Of a DNA stretch of 64,000 nucleotides, positions 45,210 through 64,000 are shown piece by piece. Below the pieces are notes generated by a model, which was not told the origin of the DNA, did not search any database, and saw only the letters and a list, made by a program, of their open reading frames with translations. The stretch lies in NCBI RefSeq assembly GCF_009914755.1, contig NC_060925.1, one strand, 5' to 3'. Every line of letters begins with the position of its first letter. Within the stretch, counting starts at the first letter, position 1. The position numbers and the translations under genes are program-made. The stretch comes from the human T2T-CHM13v2.0 reference genome, Homo sapiens.

Positions 45210-46264
45210 TGTGGAAAAAGAAACTCAGTTTCCCTCACCGTACGAGAGGCTTCTGACAGCAGAAGTGTGGGGGTTTCTCCCCACCAGCAAGCAAACAATC
45301 AGTCCTCTGGTGAACACCAGCTGAGGGTCCCCAAATTCAATTCTGACACCACTATGGGTAGATAGTGGCCGATCCCACATGTTGAGGGTTCAGTCCCCCA
45401 GACTGCCAATCGAAAGCCCTAGGTTGTTTTACCTGTGTTTCTGACTGACTATAAACTGGGGTTCCCACAATTCCCTCCTGCAGTTTTACTAATTTGCTAG
45501 AGCAGCTCACAGAACTCAGGGAAACACTTTACTTACATATACTGGTTTCTTTCTTTAAAAAAAAAAAATTGATCTTGTTGTTGTTTTGAGACAGGGTCTC
45601 ACTCTATTGCTCAGGCTGGAGTGCAGTGGCCCCATCTCAGCTCACTGAGACCTTCGCCTCCCAGGCTCAAGTGATCCTCCCACCTCAGCCTCCAGCATAG
45701 CTGGGACTACAGGTATGCACCACCACGCCCAACTAATTTTTTTTTTTTTTTTTGAGATGGGGTTTCACCATGTTGCCCAGGCTGATCTTGAACTCCTGAA
45801 CTCACGCAATCTGCCTGCCTCAGCCTCCCAAAGTGCTGAGATTACAGGCATCAGCCACCATACCCAGCTACATTTACTGGTTCCTTATGGATATTACAAA
45901 TGCTCCAGATGAAGAGATGCATAGGGCAAGGTATGGGAGAAAGGGCATGGAGTTTCCATTCCTCTCCAGAAGCACCACCCACTGGAGACCTCCTTGTATT
46001 CGGCTATCTGGAAGCTTGTCAAACCCTGTCCTTTTGTGTTTTTATGGAGGCTTCATTACATAGGCATGACTGATTAAATCACTGCCCATTGGTAATCAGC
46101 TTAACCTTCAGCCCCTCTCCCCTCCCCAGAGGAAATGCCAGCCATCAGTCAACTTATTAGACAGTTATCACTCAAAAGATATTTATCACTTTGAAGATTC
46201 CAAGGATTTTAGGAGTTGTATGCCAGGAACTGGGGGATGAAAAAATATATTTTACAATATCACA
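45210..46264 (-). mobile_element. MER21-family ERVL LTR with inserted AluJ (45570-45869, -)
   Basis: Ends ...atattttacaatatcaca (reverse complement TGTGATATTGT); homologous to 51282-52154. Confidence 0.7.
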
Positions 46265-46662
46265 AGGGATAAAGGTCACACAGCAAATTGTGCAACATGG
46301 GTACACATTCAAGACAGTCAGAATTCATGAACCTATGCTCTTTCCTTTATACCACAAAACTGGAAAATGCATATGCCCTCAGACTCACCTCTAATATGAT
46401 CTTTGTCAGATCAATGCTATTTTCTTAAGTTAAAAAGAAAAACAAGAAACTCCTCTCATGTATTGAGTACTTAGCACTTTATGGCACGCAGTCCACTTGT
46501 ACCTATAACAACACCACGAAGTAGGTACCATTGTTATCAACCACATGTTATAGATAAGGAAACTGAAGCTCAGAGAGGTTAAGTAATATTCCCAAGGCTG
46601 CCTAGCCAGGTCATGGCAAAGTCAGGGTTTAAACCCACAATTGGCTAATACCCAAGCCCACA

Positions 46663-46968
46663 TTTTTTTTTTTTTTTTTTTGAGATGGAGTCTTTCTCTG
46701 TCGCCCAGGCTGGAGTGCAGTGGCGCAATCTCATCTCACTGCAAGCTCCACCTCCCAGGTTCATGCCATTCTCCTGCCTGCCTCAGCCTCCCGAGTAGCT
46801 GAGACTACAGGCGCCCACCACCAAGCCCGGCTAATTTTTTTTGTATTTTTAGTAGAGACAGGGTTTCACTGTGTTAGCCAGGATGGTCTCGATCTCCTGA
46901 CCTCGTGATCCGTGGGTCTCGGCCTCCCAAAGTGCTGGGATTACAGGCGTGAACCACCACGCCTGGCC
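46663..46968 (-). mobile_element. AluY in IFI6 intron 1
   Basis: Antisense dimer; TSD ccaagcccacattttt. Confidence 0.9.
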
Positions 46969-47405
46969 ACCAAGCCCACATTTTTAACAACCACTCCAGA
47001 TGGCTTCATCTATCCTTAAAGATGAACTCACTGTCACATTGGATCCTATAATAAAGGGGATTCTAAAATCATCCAGTCCTTTGAGCAGCAAAGGCAACTT
47101 AACTTTCCTTTTACAGAGGAAGTAATTAAGGCTCCAAGAGGTGACAGTGTTAAGGCCACAGATCGCTGATATTGCACCTGTAAGCTGGGTCTCATGCCAC
47201 TTGGGGTTTTGCATCCCATCTCCCTAAAAATCTCCAACCCATCCTCTTAGACAAGTCCCAGCCCAGAGCACTAAAAGGGACCCAGGAGTGCTGCCTCCCA
47301 GGAGAAGGGGCCTCCTGGCTCTCAGAACATGAGATTTACAGGCAGACAGGCAGCCTGGCAGAGGGTGGCAGCTTGATGCCCACACTTCATAGCTCCTGAG
47401 TTTAC

Positions 47406-47485
47406 CTTGGAGGAGAGAAGAGAAGCAATCTTCAGCCCGGAGCCTGCTGATAGATGGGCACAGCAGCGAGTAAACGGTTCTCCGG
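47406..47485 (-). other. IFI6: IFI6 exon 1 (non-coding)
   Basis: GAACCGTTTACTCGCTG...CTCCAAG|GTAAAC; TATA-like GATAAAAA at about 47498-47505. Confidence 0.9.
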
Positions 47486-47497
47486 CTGAAGGCTGGC

Positions 47498-47650
47498 TTT
47501 TTATCATCACTTGTGGATCCTCCCACGTCTCACCCTAGGCAGCCAATCCCTGTCGGAGTTTCTATTTCTGCACTCTGCAGTTTCATTTTCCCCTCTCTCC
47601 CAGCTCCTGCACTCTGCAGAGTTTCATTTTCCCCTCTCTCCCAGCTCCGC
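47498..47650 (-). promoter_or_regulatory. IFI6: IFI6 promoter: TATA-like box, CCAAT, three ISREs, two of them in a 39/41-bp tandem duplication
   Basis: GAAATAGAAACT 47557-47568; GGGAAAATGAAACT 47579-47592 and 47620-47633; repeat units 47569-47607 and 47608-47648; ccaat 47543-47547. Confidence 0.95.
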
Positions 47651-47979
47651 CCAGCGGGAACATTTGTGTGCTGCCTGCTGGCAGAAAAATGCACTTCAAG
47701 CTGAGGACTTTTGGAGCCGCTAAGGGTATTCAAAGCATGTCACACTATGATGAGAGCCACGGCCATACTGGGCTTAGTGAAGCCTGATCACCAGCTCCCC
47801 CTGGGGCACACAGGCCTTTCACCATTCAGTCCAATTAGTAAACAACACCTATCATTTATTGAGCACTTGCTGCATGCCAGGGTCTGTGCAAAGTGCTCTA
47901 TTTACATGATCTTTTTCCAATCCCACAGTAGTCATGTGACATACCATATGCTGTTTATAAACCCCCAGAACTTTGGAAA

Positions 47980-50085
<2,106 letters not shown>

Positions 50086-50089
50086 AGTT

Positions 50090-54691
<4,602 letters not shown>

Positions 54692-54860
54692 TAGCTGGGA
54701 TTACAGGCCCATGCCACTACACCTGGCTAATTTTTGTATTTTTAGTAGAGATGGGGTTTCACCATGTTGGCCAGGCTGATCTCGAACTCCTGACATCAGG
54801 TGATCTGCCCGCCTTAGCCTCCCAAAGTGCTGGGATTACAGGCGTACATCATGCCTGGCT

Positions 54861-57450
<2,590 letters not shown>

Positions 57451-57463
57451 CCTGGCTAATTAA

Positions 57464-57679
<216 letters not shown>

Positions 57680-57913
57680 TAAAATTTTTTACAGAGGGTG
57701 TAATAGTCATGGGTTTTCTGTTATCTGGTCTAGGCAAAGCAGGACAACAATGGGGAAGTTAATCTACACAAAGGGTCATTCATTAGGAAGAAGGGTGGTT
57801 TTTATTCCTGACATCATGTAACTCTCTTAGTCATTGTACAGAATAAGACAAACAAGAAAGCGAGTTAATCTATAATCTGAGAAACGGAAGTAGTAACCAT
57901 ATGAGACTCAGAT

Positions 57914-58363
57914 TAAAGGAGGAGACCACCCCTCATATTGTCTAATTTCTACCTCCAAAGAGAGAAGTAAAAACTCAAAGGCAGAAATGAAATCCACAGG
58001 CAGACAGCCCAGCGCCATGCCCTGGGCCTGGTTAAAGATTGACCCCTGACCTAACAGGTTATGTTATCTATAGATTCCAGATATTGTATGGAAAAGCACT
58101 GTGAAAATCCCTGTCCTGTTCTGTTCCGATCTGATTACCAGTGCCTGCCACCCCCAGTCACATACCCCCTGCTTGCTCAATCGATCATGACCCTCTCACA
58201 TGGACCTCCTAAGAGTTGTAAGCCCTTAAAAGGGACAGGAATTGCTCACTTGGGGAGCTCGGTTTTTGGAGATGTGAGTCTTGCCGAAGCTCCCAGCCGA
58301 ATAAAGCCCTTCCTTCTTTAACTCAGTGTCTGAGGGGTTTTGTCCGTGGCTTGTCCTGCTACA
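57914..58363 (+). mobile_element. solo LTR2 (HERV-E)
   Basis: taaaggaggagaccacccctcatattgtc...aataaagcccttcc...gtcctgctaca; 4-bp TSD agat (57910-57913, 58364-58367). Confidence 0.88.
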
Positions 58364-58887
58364 AGATCACAGTCACATCTCTCTCAAAGCTTAAGGTGTT
58401 TGTGGGGTTCCAACAAGGTTTACATTTTATTTATTTTCACACTTCTTTGATCAACAGAGCAGCCTTCCAAACAGAATGTTGTCCATTCACCTTGGAACTG
58501 CCATCCACAAACCAAGCTGTTTGCTGGCCAGTTGAGAGCCGTTATGGGACACTGTAGAAGCCAGCAGCTCCTCACGCAAACCAGTCCTAGCAGAAAAGAG
58601 GCTCCTTTCTTTTATCTCCTCCTGGCACTCCCCAGGTAGCATGCTTCTGTATAAGCCATTTCCATTTTGTTATGGAACTCTTCTGGACACTGCTGTCTCT
58701 ATTTGAGTGTTTCTGTGACATCACCTGAGATCGCATGGGTATTTCAGGTGTCAAGATCATTTTATGTCCTTCAGTCACAGGGGTAGCTTCAGTTAATGTC
58801 CCGTAACAAGTTAGTAAGTGCCCCTCAAGTGGAAATTGTCTAGTCCAAAATCTCAGTAGTCTTTGCTTGCAGGTGCTCACAGCCTTT

Positions 58888-60173
<1,286 letters not shown>

Positions 60174-60404
60174 TCACTGCATTAATTTCCTTTTTTAAAA
60201 CCTCATTAATTTTTATTTTACTCATCCTATTTCTTAATAACCATCTAAGGATTTCCATCCTGCTCAGACGAGTCTCATGACTCTCCCCTTTCTTTTTCCT
60301 CTTAGTTTCACCCTTATCAGTGTTCTCTTCTTTCTCTCCCTCCCTCTCTCTCCTTTCTTCTTTCCTTCTCCTTCCTTCCTTCCTTCCTTCCTTCCTTTGC
60401 TTCC

Positions 60405-62750
60405 TTGCTTGCTGGGGGACCTGTTTATTTACAGCAGCATTTTAGGAAAAGGGCAAACATGGCTCTCTCCTTCAACAAATCCCTGCTTTGGTGCCCAAGG
60501 AGACAGGGCTGAGGTAGCCCCTGCCTGGCCCTTGGCTCTGTGGAGCCCTGCACCCTTGGGAGGACAAGGTAGCTCCCCAAAGCTGTTAATTCCAAAGCTG
60601 TTATTTGCAAGGGATAGAGGGACCTTGTTTCAACACCCAGCATGTGGGTCAATTTCTGGGGAGGCTGGAGAGGACCATGGCCAGATGGTGCCTTGACCTC
60701 CGCATGTCCAGACCCACCAATGGGATCTCCTCCCAGGGGCTCTGAAATCCTGAAAAGAAAACCAAACGCACTGAGTGAGGGTCTTATGCTTCCCTTCATA
60801 AGAGCCATGACACCGCGGCAGCCCTGGTGCAGAGGAGGGGCTGGGACTCACCCTCCCCGCCTGCCACCTGTCCTTTCTACTTTGGCAAACAACAACAAAA
60901 CCCTGGAAGCTTCAAGAAAATGAAGTAAACTTTAGGGAACAGAAAAAACAAAACAGCAGGCTGTGCCCAAAGCCCTCTCTCTGCCGTCCCCCTCTCCGAG
61001 TCCTCCTGATGAGCTGCAGCTGGTGGTGCCCGCGTGGCCACAGCACACGTTTTCCTCACAGAGCCACTGGCCCAGCTGAAGGTGACTCTCCTAAGCTCCC
61101 TTCACCAGCCACTCTGGCTTCCACGCTGGGAAGGTAGGATGGGGTGCAGTCGGGGGAGGCACCCAGTTATTTAGAGAGACAGAAGAGATTGGCACACAGG
61201 CAGCATCACCGAGGAGGCCCCACGCACATGCTCAATTCTGGCCAGTGCATGGACAGACCCCCTGCTGAGGGGACACAACAGCACAGCCCATGTAGCCCAA
61301 GGCACCTCCAGAGGTGGCAGATGAGCAAGGATGAGGACCCCAGGGTGGAAACTCCTGGATTTGGAGCTGGGCAAGTTTCTGTCCCCATGGACTGGGCAGC
61401 TTTAAGAACCAGGGGAGCTGAGGGCAGGAGGCCCAGGGAGGCTCAGCCAGCTGTCAGGAGCAGCCCAGACCCCACCCCTAGAATGACAGAGGAGGAAGAG
61501 GGGGAGGGTCATCATCTGTAAATGCCACCAAGACAGTGTTGGGTGGCACCTGACGTTCCCCAGCACACACGAGCCACTGGTGCCTCTTCAGGCTGTGTCC
61601 GTTCACATGGTGGGACCTCCTGCCCATTGGTGGTAGGGGCAGGGTGCGTGGAGAGGCCTTCTCCAGGAGCTGCCTGGAAAACAGGGCAGCCCTGACCCCC
61701 ACTGGCTGACAGTGAGCAGCATGTCTCCTATCACGGAGTCTGAAGGTCCCCGCAGTGTTGAGCAAAAGTTTACATGGCACCCACTGGCCAGACCCCATCG
61801 ACTCCACAGAGAGCAAAAGAGAGCCTGCTGACCTCCCAGCTGTTGGCCCCAGAGTCACAGAAGTCACCCCTACTCAACACCAGGACACAGATCCACCGCC
61901 CAACCTAAGAAAACAGGAACAACTCCAGGGCCACCTAGGCCAGGCAGGTGAGAGGAGCTGGGCGACAGTAGCTGCCAGCTGCAGCTCTGCAGGATCAACA
62001 AAAAGGCAAGATGCCGGGGGGAGGGGAGGAGGCCAGGAGCCTTGCGGCACATCACAGAGCAGAGGCGGTGCCCACGGCAGGGTGCGGCTAATTCCTCAGG
62101 GCGGCTAACGCCCTTGACAGCTGTTCCTCCTGGCTTCACACGGAGCTCTCGCCCGGCAGAGGCACCCTTGGGCAACTGGCTGAGCTGGTCTAGGACCTCC
62201 AGGCCATTCTCCTTGGCGCTCTGCACAATGGGTCTGTCCACCTGCTCCTGAGGCATGGTCAGTGTGGTGGCCGAGCTCATGGAATCCTCCATCACTAATG
62301 TGTGCATGGCCAGGTTTTGCACTTGCTACTCAAACCTGTCCATCGCTGCAGAGGCCTTCTGCAGGTCCGTGGTGTTCAGGCCTTGTCTGGGGCTTTGGTC
62401 ACCTACACCATGTTCTTGGTTACCACCTTCATGGTCACAGCTGTCTGCACCTCGGGGGCCACTGTGTCCAGGCGGATGCCATGTAGAGCCAGTTCACGCT
62501 GCTGTTCTCCTTGCAGATGGTGTTCTTGGTGTACACACGGGTGCACTCTACATTTTTCTGCTGAAGGGACTTCTTCACTTTGGCCTGGTTGGCGTAGGAG
62601 TGCTTTTCTGCCTTCTTGTCTGGTTTCTCCAGCTGCTTCACCATAAATTTCAACTGGAACAGGGTATTGTCCCCTGGCCAGTCTGACAGAAGCACCCCTT
62701 GGAAAGGCAGAAGGGACATGAACTCCGGGAGGCATCAGGTGCCAGTGGCT
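60405..62750 (-). pseudogene. CHMP1AP1: CHMP1A processed pseudogene (CDS remnant 62675-62088 plus long 3'UTR)
   Basis: [21 protein letters not shown]...QKNVEC.RVY / [13 protein letters not shown] / [19 protein letters not shown]...[14 protein letters not shown]; intronless; lost ATG, frameshifts and a stop; AATAAA at 60424-60429 then a degenerate (TTCC)n tail. Confidence 0.93.
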
Positions 62751-63019
62751 CTTGCCTTATTTCTTAATAACCATTTAAAAATGTTTGCCTTCGTGGGAGA
62801 AATCCTTTGATTCTCCCCTCTCCCATTACCTATTCTCTTGTTAGTTGCCTTAATGTTTTCATTACCATCCGTAAGACCCAGGAGGGGAAGCTGAGGTAGC
62901 AAATTTGATAAGGCTTCTCTGACTATAGCTCAGTTTTGCAGTAGTAAGGTTACATGAGGTGCCCATGCAAAAGAGGCTGCCTGAACCACAGCATTTATCA
63001 TGACCCGGGTAATAGGCAT

Positions 63020-63480
63020 TGTCGTGCAGGACTCCTGTTGACTCCAATAGGGATGGCACTGTGTCCTAGAGGCCGGAACCAGTGAATGAGACTTAGGGTT
63101 TACTGAGGGGAACTTACACACAGGGATGGTCCAGTGGTGGTGGGCTGGACAGGAGCATGCATTTATGAAACAGGGCATGCGTTTTATGAAACGCATGCAG
63201 TTGATACAGCATTTTCACTTAGCACCTTCCACCTAGCAACCTCTACCCAGCAACCTCCAGTTAATCCACAAAAAGGGACTCCATCCCCTGTATGGCCTGT
63301 GTTCCAAGGAATGAGCCAGGGGCTCAGATGTCCTTCATAGATAAGGAGTGAAACTCTGGGTTGGCCACTCCCGGATTCCTTAGCTCAGGACTCCGAACAC
63401 ACATTCTTCTTAGACCCTAGGATCATTCTCAGGGTACGCTTCAGTTAAGTTATGGCTGTCAGCTGCATCTGCCATATACA
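63020..63480 (-). mobile_element. solo LTR47-family ERVL LTR
   Basis: Reverse complement starts TGTATATGGCAGATGCAGCTGACAG and ends ...GCACGACA; 5-bp TSD ggcat (63015-63019, 63481-63485). Confidence 0.8.
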
Positions 63481-63592
63481 GGCATCCTTAGCGGGTGAAT
63501 GCCTGGTCATTGTAAAGCCAGCTCCACATGGCTTGCATATGAAACCGATCAACTGCTTCATCTGGGGTGTTCCATTTGACATTTATAGGGAA

Positions 63593-63880
63593 TGTAGGGG
63601 CCAAGGGAAAAACTTCTCCTTTGCCCTCTCAAGGATCACTGTACATTCAACCCACAAAATGCAGATTAATAGAGAAATGTCATACAAATTTATTAATGTG
63701 TACATGAGGGAAAAATCACAGAGTGCTTACCCAACATCCCAATGAGGCCCAAATACTTCTATAGCTTTATTTCAGAGGGGATGGGGGAGATAGGGAATAT
63801 AGGTAATTCTGTTGAGGGACAATAAATGATTACTAGGGAGAATGAATGGGTGGGGGCGGAGGAATAGAGATTAATTTATA
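63593..63880 (-). mobile_element. MER34/MER39-family ERV1 LTR 3' part, followed by an Alu (63885-64000, +, cut by window end)
   Basis: tgtaggggccaagggaaaaacttctcctttgccctc...gcagattaatagagaaa...acaaatttattaa. Confidence 0.65.
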
Positions 63881-64000
63881 AACGGGCTGGGCATAGTGGC
63901 TCACACCTGTAATTTTGACACTTTGGGAAGTCAAAGCAGGAGGACTGCTTGAGGCTAGGAGTTCAAGACCAGCCTGGGCAACACAGTGAGACCCTATCTG

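Noticed and set aside
60228-62774. 17-bp direct repeat tatttcttaataaccat (60228-60244, 62758-62774) as the TSD of the CHMP1A pseudogene
   Set aside because: The left copy is separated from the tail-derived tract by unrelated sequence, so it may be an internal repeat of the host ERV; left unresolved

Overview
This is primate, very probably human, genomic DNA that I recognise as the FGR-IFI6 interval on chr1p35-36. It is very Alu-dense. The left end holds the 5' non-coding exons and CpG-island promoter of FGR (minus strand); the FGR coding exons lie outside the window. The middle holds a TMA7 retrocopy with an open ORF, a repeat-poor block rich in splice signals (19-24 kb), an orphan CpG island with a probable lncRNA locus (35-38.5 kb) and a strong CTCF motif. 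The complete interferon-stimulated gene IFI6 (minus strand, 5 exons, 130 aa) lies at about 41.4-47.5 kb, with a duplicated-ISRE promoter and a 26 x 12-bp splice-donor minisatellite in intron 2. The right end is nested ERV/LTR debris (ERVL pol, MER21, THE1, LTR2, LTR47, MER34/39), a full-length U6 pseudogene and a CHMP1A processed pseudogene. The main leads are all inferences from sequence: (1) IFI6 exon 3 starts with a regenerated consensus donor (recursive-splice motif); (2) IFI6 exons 2-4 are flanked by inverted Alus and would circularise into a 330-nt stop-free ORF; (3) a perfect intergenic ISRE; (4) a possible vestigial multi-exon gene that can splice in frame onto the TMA7 retrocopy; (5) an Alu-bounded local inversion inside a MER21 provirus. 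Repeat subfamily names and lncRNA names are from memory, and repeat boundaries are approximate.
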